The translations under genes and the position numbers were made by a program. From an uncultured bacterium (GTDB lineage: Bacteria > Acidobacteriota > Thermoanaerobaculia > Multivoradales > JAHZIX01), in the NCBI GenBank assembly GCA_965368975.1, contig CBDUPA010000027.1, positions 1 to 64,000 on the forward strand: a stretch of 64,000 nucleotides of DNA, read 5' to 3'. Under the pieces are notes generated by a model that worked only from the letters and a program-made list of their open reading frames with translations, made no database searches and was not told the DNA's origin. Position 1 is the stretch's first letter; each line of letters starts with the position of its first letter. Shown one piece after another: positions 49,181-61,300 of the stretch.

Positions 49181-51295
49181 TCACCACTCTGCGCCGCCTG
49201 TGCCCGGCAGCCGGCGCAGATAAAAGCCGAGACGGGGTAGGGCGCTCGGTGGGGAAGCCGGCGCAGCAACCGGTGCGGTGGAGGGAGCCGATGCCGCGCG
49301 TGCCGGACAGGTGAGGATGCGAACGCGCGTCGGCCGCCGGGCACCGACCTCGAACGTGACGCCGCTGCCGAGCACCGCGCCGAGGTCGCTGGCGACGGTG
49401 AGGTGCAACTGCCAACCCTGCCCTTCTTCGAGCCACAGTGCCGTGGCTCCGGCGGGGGCGAGCTCGAAGCGTTGGATGGCGTCCGCGCCGGCGGGGAGCA
49501 CCTGCAGCGTCGAGGTGACGCGCACACACGTCTCGGGCGTCACCTCGCCTTGGACCACGCGCAGCAGGTCGACGTAGCCTTCCAGGCGGCGCAGTCTGGG
49601 ATCTGCCAGCCTCGGGTACGGGTGCATCCCGAGGGGGCCCTCGACCTGCCAGTCGAGGACGAAGGTTCCGAGGGGCACGGGACGCCAGCGGTAGAGAGCG
49701 TGGATGCCGGCATGGAGCGTCTCGACGCGCGGATCGGCGTCGAGACGCTGGCGCAGTCGCGCTTCGGCGGTGGCCAGGGACAGCGCCAGATAGTCACTGT
49801 CGAGTGCCTGTGCCGCCACAAGCACGGGATCCGGTGCCTGGCCGCTGGCCAGAGCCTGCCACGCGAAGTGTTGCAGTGGGTAGGGCAGGGCCATGAAGAT
49901 CGGGTCGAGGACATTCAGGTAGCGGCCCTGCGGTGCGTGGAAGAGATACAGCGGTGTCATCTGCCACGAGGCCGCAACGTGGGGTGGCCGTGTCCGGTCC
50001 TGGTGGGCTGCTTGCAGCGCGGTAGCCAGGGCTCGACGATCCTCCCGCCGAGCGTCTCGAGGGCCGGGATCGGTGCGCTGCAGGAAGATCGACGCCTGCG
50101 TCACGGCCTGGGGTATCGCCAGCGCAGCGCACAGTCCCAAGCCCACGGCCAGCGGCACCCGGCGACCGCCCGGGAGCGTGCAGCGTCGTCCTAGGCCGTG
50201 CCCCGGCCGTACCCAGTAGGCGAGGAGAGCGAGGGAGACGAACGGCACCATGTAGAGTGCGAAGCGCGACATGTGCAGGTAGAGCAGGCCGAAGGTGAGT
50301 GCGGTGATCGTGAGGTAGGCGGTGCGCCTCGCATGTTGGGGCCCGTCGGGTTCGCCTGGCCCGTTCGGAGGAGCGGTGGGCTTCGACGTCCGGCTGGCGA
50401 GCAGGCACAGGAGGCCGAGCGCCCACGGCAGGTAGAGTGCGAAGACGGCGGCCGTCGTCTGCGGCCGGATCTCGGTGCCGACGTCCAGCAGATCCTTGTG
50501 GGCGAAAAAGGAGAGGTTCTGCACGGCCCAGATCTCGACATTGTGCGGAAAACCCGGGTGCAGTACCAGCGCCGCTGTGGCTCCGAGCAGCGGATACAGG
50601 ATCAGGCCCCAGGGAAGGGCTGCGCGTTTCTCCTGTCCTGTGTCCCTGCTCAGGCGGCCTTCTCTGTTCGGGCTACGGCCCCAGCGCTGGAGCAGCGGCC
50701 AGGCGAAGGCCAGGCCACAAAGGCCGAGGAACGCGTGGAAGGCGGTGTACCCGAGGGTAAAGACGAAGGCGAGGACGGCCAGCGTTCGGTAGCGTTCGCG
50801 CGCGACGGCTTCGACCGCTAGCAAGAGCACGGTCAGGGCCAGCAACTCAGGACGCAGGCGCACAAGTCGCCAGGTGAACTCGGGGGCGCTCAGCACCAGT
50901 GCGAAGGGCAGCAGGTAGCCCCACTTGCCCACGAGCCGGGCGCCGGCCGCGGCAATCAGGGTCAGGATGAAGGCGTCGAACAGCGCCAGCGCCAGGCGTC
51001 CGCCGAGTTCGGGGTCGTCCGCTGTTCCCAGCGTGGTGAAGGGAGCGAGCAGTAGGTGGAAGAGGAATTCCTTGTCGCCGAAACCACTTTCGGTAGTGGG
51101 GTCGAGCAGACTGAAGCGGACGCCCGGGAGGTCGTCGAGGAAGCCTTCCTGGGCCATTTGGCGAGCGATCGCCAGGTGGTAGTAGGCGTCCGTGTCGTAG
51201 AGAACCGGATGTGTCTGATAGACCGCCAGCGCCCCGACGAGAGTAATCAGGAAGATAGCCGCGAGTGTGAGCAGGTGCGGACGTCGGGAGAACAT
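49181..51295 (-). CDS. Polytopic membrane protein, GT-C glycosyltransferase-like
   Basis: TM1 followed by DTDAYYH, many TM helices, soluble C-terminal domain. Confidence 0.55.
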   Translation of the reverse strand: MFSRRPHLLTLAAIFLITLVGALAVYQTHPVLYDTDAYYHLAIARQMAQEGFLDDLPGVRFSLLDPTTESGFGDKEFLFHLLLAPFTTLGTADDPELGGRLALALFDAFILTLIAAAGARLVGKWGYLLPFALVLSAPEFTWRLVRLRPELLALTVLLLAVEAVARERYRTLAVLAFVFTLGYTAFHAFLGLCGLAFAWPLLQRWGRSPNREGRLSRDTGQEKRAALPWGLILYPLLGATAALVLHPGFPHNVEIWAVQNLSFFAHKDLLDVGTEIRPQTTAAVFALYLPWALGLLCLLASRTSKPTAPPNGPGEPDGPQHARRTAYLTITALTFGLLYLHMSRFALYMVPFVSLALLAYWVRPGHGLGRRCTLPGGRRVPLAVGLGLCAALAIPQAVTQASIFLQRTDPGPRDARREDRRALATALQAAHQDRTRPPHVAASWQMTPLYLFHAPQGRYLNVLDPIFMALPYPLQHFAWQALASGQAPDPVLVAAQALDSDYLALSLATAEARLRQRLDADPRVETLHAGIHALYRWRPVPLGTFVLDWQVEGPLGMHPYPRLADPRLRRLEGYVDLLRVVQGEVTPETCVRVTSTLQVLPAGADAIQRFELAPAGATALWLEEGQGWQLHLTVASDLGAVLGSGVTFEVGARRPTRVRILTCPARAASAPSTAPVAAPASPPSALPRLGFYLRRLPGTGGAEW

Positions 51296-51414
51296 GACGA
51301 AGATTCTACCCAGACAGGTTCGAAGTCCAAGCGGCCGTGTCTGTGTTTTCGCGATTCCCGGCACAGGTCCTCCACCAGACGGTGCCCCACCGCGACGCGA
51401 ACGTAACGGCACGG

Positions 51415-52359
51415 CTATGCCCGCGGATGGAACTTGTCATACAGCGATCCAAGCCGATGCTTGTGGATGTGGGTGTAGATCTCGGTCGTAGCGATGTCGC
51501 TGTGCCCGAGCAGTGTCTGGACGGCGCGCAGGTCGGCGCCGTGTTCGAGCAAGTGGGTGGCGAAGCTGTGGCGCAGCACGTGGGGGGACACTTGGTCGAG
51601 TCCCAGCGGTAGCGCGTAGCCGCGCAGGATCTTCCAGAAGCCTTGCCGCGTCATCGCCTTGCCGCGGGCGTTGACGAAGACCGCGGAATGACGCATACCA
51701 ATGGACACCAAGCGGGTGCGTGCGTCCTGACGGTAGCGTGTCAGCCACAGCTGCGCCGTGTCGCCGACCGGCACCACGCGCTCCTTGCCACCCTTGCCGG
51801 AGAGCAGCAGGAAGTCGACTTCGTCGGCGCCTTCCTGACGCAGACCTTGCAGGTTGGCGAACTCCAAGCCGACCAGCTCACTCACGCGTAGGCCGGTGGC
51901 GTAGAGTAGCTCGATCATCGCCTTGTCACGCAGGCCGAGCGGCGTCGTGACGTCGGGGGCGTCGAGTAGCGCTTCGACCTGGGGCTCGGTGAGAACCTTG
52001 GGCAGTGGCCGGCCCAGCTTGGGACGCACGAGGTTGACCGAGGGGTCGTCCCTGCGTTCGCCGATCTTGACCAGGAACTGGTAGAAGCCGCGCAGCGCGG
52101 AGAGGGCGCGACTGACGGAGCGTGGGGATAGACCGTGGCGGGAGAGGTGGCGCAGGTGGCTGGCGAGATCGGTATATCCTGCCGCGGTCAAGCGGACGCC
52201 AGCGCGCTCCCGTAGGTCGCCTGAAAGGCGTTCGAGGTCGCGGCGATAACCTTCGACACTGTTCTCGGCCAGCCGACGCTCGGCGCGCAAGCTGTCGAGG
52301 AAGCGGCCGAGCAGGCGGGCGTCCGGGTCGCGCGGACGGCTGTTTGGACGCCCTGCCAT
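51415..52359 (-). CDS. xerD: Site-specific tyrosine recombinase XerD
   Basis: ERRLA.NS..GYRRDL; [12 protein letters not shown]; GKGGKER; MTRQGFW; [11 protein letters not shown]; LLGH.DI.TTEIY. Confidence 0.88.
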   Translation of the reverse strand: MAGRPNSRPRDPDARLLGRFLDSLRAERRLAENSVEGYRRDLERLSGDLRERAGVRLTAAGYTDLASHLRHLSRHGLSPRSVSRALSALRGFYQFLVKIGERRDDPSVNLVRPKLGRPLPKVLTEPQVEALLDAPDVTTPLGLRDKAMIELLYATGLRVSELVGLEFANLQGLRQEGADEVDFLLLSGKGGKERVVPVGDTAQLWLTRYRQDARTRLVSIGMRHSAVFVNARGKAMTRQGFWKILRGYALPLGLDQVSPHVLRHSFATHLLEHGADLRAVQTLLGHSDIATTEIYTHIHKHRLGSLYDKFHPRA

Positions 52360-52377
52360 GCTGCTCAGGTGTCCAGA

Positions 52378-52581
52378 TCAGCCGTCCAGGACGAAGCTGA
52401 TCTTCATCATGACGCGATACTCGGTGATCCTGCCGTTCTTGACGCCGACCTTCTGTTCCTTGATCCAGGCACCCTTGATGCCCTTGACGGTCTTGCTGGC
52501 TTTCTTGATGCCCCTCTGGACGGCGTCTTCGAAGCTCTTCTCGGAAGCAGCGCTGATCTCGATGATTTTGGCGACGGACAT
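52378..52581 (-). CDS. Dodecin-family protein
   Basis: MSVAKIIEISA.SEKSFEDAV..GI.KA.KT...EYRV.MKISF; GGAGG RBS. Confidence 0.9.
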   Translation of the reverse strand: MSVAKIIEISAASEKSFEDAVQRGIKKASKTVKGIKGAWIKEQKVGVKNGRITEYRVMMKISFVLDG

Positions 52582-52690
52582 AAGCACCTCCTGGGTGTTA
52601 CAGCACCTCGGCCCTACCAACCAGGGGGGGCTGAGGCGAGTGTTGTTGAAGTGCTTCCAGTATAGCGCGATCGTCCCTACGCAAGGGGCG

Positions 52691-53956
<1,266 letters not shown>

Positions 53957-54051
53957 GTCGTTCTCCTACGCTTGTAGGATTGTACGCCAAAAGTCGCGCA
54001 GGGTTGGAAGGAAGGACTTAAAGACAGGAGATCTCGAGAGCAGGAAGGGTC

Positions 54052-54102
54052 GCCCGTCTTCAGGACGTGCCCATCTTCAGGACGTGCCCGTCTTCAGGAC
54101 AT
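54052..54102. repeat. 17-bp tandem triplication spanning the leuB stop codon
   Basis: GCCCGTCTTCAGGACGT / GCCCATCTTCAGGACGT / GCCCGTCTTCAGGACAT. Confidence 0.85.
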
Positions 54103-55210
54103 GCTCGGCCAGGAAGTCGCCAACCTCCGACGTCCCCCGCTCGCCGCCCAGGTCCGGAGTCGTGAAGTCATCGCCGATCGCCGCGATCACCGCGCCCTCG
54201 ACCGCCGCGGCCGCTTCGGAATGTCCCAGCGTCTCCAGCATCAGCGCCGCCGACAGCGCCGCGCCCATCGGGTTGGCGCGGTTGGTGCCTGCGTATTTCG
54301 GCGCCGAGCCGTGCACCGGCTCGAACATCGATACGCGTCCCGGATGCAGGTTCGCCGAGGCTGCCAGCCCCAGGCCACCCTGTAGCGCCGCACCCAGATC
54401 GGTGACGATGTCGCCGAACATGTTGTTCGTCACGATCACTTCGAAACGCTCCGGTGCGCGCACCATCTGCATGGTCAGCGCGTCGACGTAGAGGTGTGAC
54501 GTCTCGATGCCCGGATAGTCCTCGGCCACCTCGGCGAAACAGCGCTGCCACAGCCCGTGCGCGTGCTGCATGACGTTCGACTTGTCGGCCATGCACACCT
54601 GCGTCTTGCCGTGCGCCACAGCCCAGTCGAAGGCCGCGCGCAGGATCCGCTCGACGCCCTTGCGGGTGTGGATCTCCTCCTGCACCGCGATCTCGTCCGG
54701 CGTGCCCTTCTTGAAGGTGCCGCCGACGCCCACATAGGCGCCCTCGGTGTTCTCACGGAAGACGACGAAATCGATGTCGTCGGCGCTCTTGCCTTTGAGC
54801 GGACACAGGCGCTCGTCGTAGATCTTCACCGGTCGCAGGTTGATGTAGAGATCGAGCCCGAAGCGGATGCCGAGCAAGATGTCCTTGGCGTGCGCCATGT
54901 CGGGCACGCGCGGATCGCCGTACGCCCCGATGAAGATCGCCGCGTAGTTGTCGCGGAAGTCGTCCAGCGCCCCGGCGGGCATCGACTCACCCGTCTCCAG
55001 ATAGCGGTCGGCATCCCAGGGCAGCGATACCAGCTCGAGCGGTAGAGCCCACCGCTCCTGCGCTGCCTGCAACAGTTTGACGGCCTCTGCCGTCACGTCC
55101 TTGCCGATGCCGTCACCGGGCAGCAAGGCGATGCGCTGCGGGCGCTGGTTGCGCGGGTCGTGAGTGTTGTCAGAAGTAGGGGGTGAGGACGCGGATTCTG
55201 GCGTGCGCAT
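54077..55210 (-). CDS. leuB: 3-isopropylmalate/isocitrate dehydrogenase-family protein
   Basis: PGDGIG, NLRP, RENTEG.Y, DKSNV, NMFGDI..D, EPVHGSAP. Confidence 0.78.
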   Translation of the reverse strand: MRTPESASSPPTSDNTHDPRNQRPQRIALLPGDGIGKDVTAEAVKLLQAAQERWALPLELVSLPWDADRYLETGESMPAGALDDFRDNYAAIFIGAYGDPRVPDMAHAKDILLGIRFGLDLYINLRPVKIYDERLCPLKGKSADDIDFVVFRENTEGAYVGVGGTFKKGTPDEIAVQEEIHTRKGVERILRAAFDWAVAHGKTQVCMADKSNVMQHAHGLWQRCFAEVAEDYPGIETSHLYVDALTMQMVRAPERFEVIVTNNMFGDIVTDLGAALQGGLGLAASANLHPGRVSMFEPVHGSAPKYAGTNRANPMGAALSAALMLETLGHSEAAAAVEGAVIAAIGDDFTTPDLGGERGTSEVGDFLAEHVLKTGTS

Positions 55211-55342
55211 GGGCGAGATGGTAGCACAGGAGATTGCAGGTATTGGTGCGTCGAAACGACGCTCACGCACACCGCTTGCGGCGCGTCTCTGGTGCCTCGC
55301 TAGTCCTCTGGGCTTGCCAACCCGGCGATCCGTCTCGCTTCT

Positions 55343-58300
55343 TCACGGACCCGACGTTAGTACCACCAGCGGATCCCCCAACAGCCCATACGTGAACGGC
55401 ACATGGACGCGCGCATCGCCTGCCGCCAGGTAGGCAGCGAGCGCGGCTCGCACGGCATCTCCCAGTGGCTCCCCTCCCATCACACGCGGTAGGAACTCCT
55501 CACCCAATCGCACGCCGTCTTCGTTGAAGGCGAAGCCGGTGGGAGCCCACAGCGCGACGACACCGCCGTTGGGAGCCATCACCAATTGCTCGCTCAGCGT
55601 GTCGAAGAGCACGCGGTCGAAGCGGCCGAGGGCGCAGGTGAGGGCGCTGAGGATGGGGGTGCGGCCGGCGTTGCTCAAGCTTGCGATGTCGCTGCTGTGG
55701 AGTAGGCCAGCGCTATCACCGAGCTGGGTGAGATTGGCATGGCCGAGGAAGTTGACGAGCAGGGCGCCGCTGTTGAGTTGGTCGAGCAGCTGCTTCCGTG
55801 CCGCGGCTTCTCCCAGGGTATCGACATAGATGCGCTCGATCTCGAGCTGCTGTGGCACAAGACCGAGCAGGCTCTCACTGTCGTCGACGAACTCGCCGCC
55901 CTCGTCGACGGCGTCGGCGATCCACAGGCTGCGACGCTTCCAGGTGTTGAAGTTGGCGGTTTCGAAGGCTTGGACTTTGGCGACGTAGGCGGCCAGCTCG
56001 GCGTTGGTGCGAGCCGGGACACGGCCGAGGGCGACTTCGGGAACGCCGTCGTTACCGGTCAGATCAGCGATTCGATGATCCGAGGGGAAGAGGCCTTCGG
56101 GGGTGGACGTCATCGGTGACGGCAGCAGGTTGCCGCCGAAGCCGAGACGGTCCTTGAAGTCGAAGGAGCTGTCGCCCGCCAGCAGGACGTGGGTCGGCGC
56201 GACCGCCCAGGTAGCGCGGGCGTGGGCGAGGAAGTTGCGGATGGCCCACGGGCTGGTGCGACCGCCGTTGAATTCGTCGTAGATGTCCTGGACGCGTACG
56301 CGCAGTGCCTCGACGCCCTGCCCCTGCCGATAGGCAACGAGGTCGTCGGCTGCGGTTTCCAGTCCGGATGCAGCGAGGACGAGGTAGCTGGCGCGGTTGG
56401 TGGCATTCTGCAGGTCGCTCGGCGAATCGGGCTCGGGAGGCACGACGCGGGCGGTGGCGCGGGATTGTACGAGGTAGTGATGGCCGGGGACGGTCTGGAA
56501 GCTGACCTGGTAAGCGCCGGTGCCATCTGCCTGTGGTACGCCGTTGGTCACTTCGATCGGTTGTTGCGCATCGGTGACGTCCCAGACGCTCAGAGTGTCG
56601 ACGCTGAAGCCGTGGGCCGTCAGGCTGGTGCCGTTGGCGGGCGCCAGAAGTCGATCGTCTTGGGCCTGGTAGGTCCGCTGGTAGGCAAGGTCGAGGGCGT
56701 CCAAGTAGAAGATCTCCGAGGCGATACCGCTGGCAGCCGGGGTGTGGATCTCCAGAGTGTTGGCGCTGTCGTTGAGCAGGTTCTGTGCGAACGTGAGGTT
56801 GAGTTCATGGGCAGTACTACCGTCCCAGCTACTGCTGCCGATAGCGGTGCCGTTGAGTCGCACCTCGACCTGATGATCCAGGGCGATATCCGCGTCGCTG
56901 GTCTCGGCCTGGAGGTGGACGCGCAAAGAGGCGTTGGCACTGGTGTCTATGCGCCCAGGAGTCGGTAGGTCGACGCTCATGGTGTCGATGCCGGCACCAG
57001 CTGCCGGAGTCACATTGACGGCGCTCCAGAACCAGAAGTCGCTGTCCGGGTCGGTGATGACCGAGGTCAGCGGGGCAAACTCCTCCTCGAAGCGTTCCTG
57101 AGCGACGTAGCTCTGGTTGACGTTCGCCGCGGGTGCGCCGGCCGCTACCGTGGCCATGCGCACGCCGGGGCCATACTCCAGCCAGTAGACGTTGTGCGAG
57201 GTGTAGTGCCCGTCCGGGTGATCGTCCGGTAGGCTCTGGCCGAAGAAGTCGAGGCCGAGAATCTCACCGCTGTCGGCGTCCATCACGGGCAGCCAGGCGA
57301 AGCCCTCGGCGCCGAGGACCTCGGGGTCTTGCTGCCAGGCACAGAGGTTGCCGCTCTCGAAGCCGTCGAGCAAGATCTGGTCGCCGACAGGGGGCGGGAC
57401 ACACGGCACGGGGACCGGCGAGCTGATGCCACCTTGGTGCAGGCGCAGCCAACCGCGAGCGATCCAGCTCTGCACATCCTCGACGCTGAAGCCGCTGCCG
57501 AAGGCCTCGGCGATGGCGGTGGCGGTCAGGAAGTGCAAGCCGTCATCGGCGACGCGCAGGCGCAGGCGCTGGACGGTGATGCCTGCGTCGGGCAGTACTG
57601 GGGCAGCGTCGCTGGTGGTCTGCAGACGAGGGGAGGCGGGTGGGTTGGCGGCCCGCTCATATCCGATCGGAGCCGGGCGGGAGCTGGCGGTGGCGGGATC
57701 GAGCTCGACGTCGAGGCGGCCGAGGGTACGGAGGGTGCCGTCGATCTCGATCTCCTGCAGGAGGTAGGCCACGGCCATGCCGAAGGTCGGGGCGGCGTCG
57801 ACGATGCGATAAGCACCGCCCGTGACCGATTCGAGCGCCGGCAGCAGCCCTTGGCCGAGGCTGTGACGCACGGGGCGCCACTCAGGTGCCGGATGCGCAG
57901 CCGACGCGGCGGGTGTGCGCAGCAGGCGGAAGCCGGCGGTGCGGTGCTCGAAGCTAGTGTTCCAGTCTAGAACCACCTGGCCCTCGGCGATGTAGGCCTC
58001 GAAGTGGCGCAGCATGGCGAACGTCGCGGCCGCCAGCAGGTTGGTAGCGGTGATGCTATCCGTCTCGCCGCTGTTGACGGAGGTGGCGGTGAGCGTGACG
58101 GGATCGCGGTAGGACGGCTGCAGCGGATCGACGGCGCGGCGGATCTCGTAGGCCAGCTCGGTGCTGGCGGCGACAGCGACGTCCGGGTTGCCGTCGGTGT
58201 CGAGGTCATAGGCCGGGTCGACACTGTCCCAGGTGCCGTCGCCGTCGCTGTCGGTGGCGATGACGGTGTCGGGTGTGCCGTCGGCATTGGTGTCGATCAC

Positions 58301-61300
58301 CAGCTGTGTCGGGTGGTTGAGGCCGTCGAGGCCGAGGAAGACGGACGCGCCGACGGTGAACTCGAAGCGGTCGGCGCTGTCGGTCAGGTTCTTGATCGTG
58401 CCCGGGAAAATGGCGGTGTCGCCTGGGTCGACCAGTAGCGTGCCGCCGCCGCTCAGATCGTGGGTGGTGGCGGGCAGCAGGGTCGTCGTGTCCGTAGCGG
58501 CATCGAACAGGGCGGGGTCGGTCTGCGAGATGGCGGTCAGGTGGACGACGTCGACGTCGTCAGCCGTGGCACCTCCAGGGGCATCGACGACAACGAAGAT
58601 GGTCTGTAGCTGGCCGTCGGCGAGCAGTAGGGTGTTGTTGATCGCGACGTCGACGCCGGGGCTGTAGACACCGTCACCGTTGGAGTCGTTGTAGATGGTC
58701 GCGGTCCACCCGGGCAGGGTCGGGAACGCCGTCAGGTCGAAGGTGTCGGCGGCGCCGGTGTTGTTGGTCACGGAGTGCGTGTAGGCGATCGAGCCGCCGG
58801 CGGTCACCACGCCGCTCTGGTCCGGGGTCAGGATGACCGGGCCGACGTCTGGGCTGTCGACGATCGTGGTCTCGTCGGTGGCGAAGGCTGAGGGGCCGTT
58901 GGCACGGTCGGACGTGGCGGTGAGCGTTGTGGTCTCCTGGGTGCCAACCGCTGTGCCACCTGGCACGTTGACGCGCACGCGGTACTCGGTAGATTCACCC
59001 GGGTTGAGCGTTCCGGTGTTGATGGTCACGCCGCCGTCCCACACGCCATCACCGTTGCTGTCGGTGGCGATGACGGTGCCGGTAGCGGGGTCGATCAACT
59101 CGACGGTGTAGCCGAGTTCGCTGGTCAGCGTCAGGTCGTAGGCGTCGGCGTCCTGGCCGGTGTTGGTCACCACATGGGTGTAGGTGACGCTGCCGCCAGC
59201 TACGGTAAAGCCAGCGTTGTTCGGCTCGACGGTGACTGCCAGACGCACCACGTCGTCGGTGACGCTGGCCTGCAAAGGTGGTTGCTGATCGGTATCGAGC
59301 GTTGCCGTGTTGGCGATCTGGCTGATGCCGCCGGCCAGGGGATCGTCGACCACGACCTGGAAGGTGATGGTGAGACTGGCGCCCGGCGGCAGGCTGTAGC
59401 CGTCGCCGAGAACGACCAGGTTGGCGGGGTCACCGCCGACCACAGTGCTACCGCCGGTGATGGCGGAGAAGTCGATGCCTTGCACCCAGGCTGGGAAGTT
59501 CTGCCCGGAGCGGCGACGTTCCAGACGCACGGTCGTGTCGTTGAGGTAGCGGGCCGAGAACATCGGACGCGGGTAGGCGGTGCCGGTGCCGTTCTGACCG
59601 TTGGTGACCAGGGCCATCCTTTGGCTTGTCGCGCTGTCGACCGGCATATCGACCACAATGCTGCCGCTGTCGCCGTCGGCCTTGAACCTGTAGTCCACTG
59701 CCAGGTCCGGGTGGCTCAGGGTCCAGACTTCGAAATCGATCGCGTTGCCGGCCACTTCGATCCCGGCGGCGACCAGCGTTTCGCTGGCATTCTGGTTGAC
59801 GCCGTTGCCGAGCGTTACCAGCACGGCCTCGGCGGCGTCGCCGATGCCGTTGTCATTGGTGTGCCCGGTGCCCCACACCCAGGTCTGGTCGCGATTGACG
59901 GCGCTGATCGCGGCAGTGTTGTACTCGTCCACTGCGTCGGCGCCGTCGCCACCGTTGCCGCCCTGGACGCGCACGCGCTGGACATTCCATGCCGAGCCCC
60001 AGTCGACCACCATGACGGTGCTGGTGGCGGTCGAGAGAGTGGCGCCACCGGCATCACGGGTCCAGTTGATCTGGTCGCTGCCGGACGGGAAGAGGCGGGC
60101 ATGGCAGACCTTGGTGTTGTTCTGGTTGGTTTCGGAGGTATCGCAGCCGGCACCGTTGAAGCCGCCCACCAGCTGCACTTGATTGATGTCCGACCAGGTG
60201 CTGGCCGAGGTGGCGTTGCCGCTGGTGGCGGCGCCGGTGTGTGCGACTCGACGGACGTCGAGCAGGTTGAAACCGTTGGTCGCACAATCTGCGATGCACT
60301 CGACGACGGTGACCACGCCGACCCAGGAGTTCACCGCATTGCCGCGTTCGAAGCGCAGCACGTCTGCTCCTGCCGAGGTGCCGAGCTGGCCGGTGCCGAA
60401 GGGATCCTGGGTCAGGGCTGCGTAGTTCTCGTCCGGGCCACGGTTGCCGTTACCAGAGCCGTCGCCGTCGCTACCCTGGGCGACGACGAAGTACTCGGTC
60501 GCCAAGGCCTGGTTTAGCGTCAGATCATGGAAGGTGCCGCTGAAGGTACCCGGTGCCAGGTAGTACTCGGTCACCCGCATCACGGCGGAGTTCAGCGTGA
60601 CGAGGGTGCTGCCTGGTACAGCGCTGGTCCCGGTGGGGAGCGGGTCGCTGACGCTGACGCCGGTCTGGGTTGTCATCGAGGTGTTGACGGCGGTCAGCGT
60701 GTAGGTCACGGTCTGTCCGGGAACCACCTCGCCGTTGGGGGCATCGGAAGTCTTGCTGAAGGTCAGCGGATCCGGCTCGTAGCCCACCGGCGTCGTCGCC
60801 ACCGTGCCGCCCGCGATGACGGCCAGAGTCTGGGGGTCGTTGGCGGTGGATAGCGTGACGTTGGCCGGGAAGTCCGGATCCGTCTCGTCGACGTTCACCG
60901 TCGCTTGGGTGTTGCACAGGCGTACATTGTCGACGTAGAAGTTGTCCGAGCCGGAGCTGAAGCCACCGGTGGTGATGAAGCGGAAAACCACCGGATTGTC
61001 AGGTAGCTGGGCACTGTCGAGCGGGAGGCTGGCGCTTTGCCAGGTGGCGTCGCTGCCACCAGGATCCGGGTAGGTGGCGAGCACGTCGTTGAAGGTGCCG
61101 TCGTTGTCATAGTCGATGTCCAGCGTCACGACGTCGCCGCCCTCGAAACTCTCGCGCCGGTAGTTGAAGCTGAGCGTCGCCAGGCCGGAAGTGAAGCCGG
61201 CAGCGCCACTGAGGTCTGCGGCGCGCGTGAAGCCCTTGCTCGGTGTGGAGCCGGGACCGTCTTCGATCACCAGGCTGTTGCCGAAGACGGCCAGCGGATC

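Noticed and set aside
51415-52359. Phage or island integrase marking a mobile element
   Set aside because: The sequence looks like housekeeping XerD, with no tRNA, att repeats or phage genes nearby.
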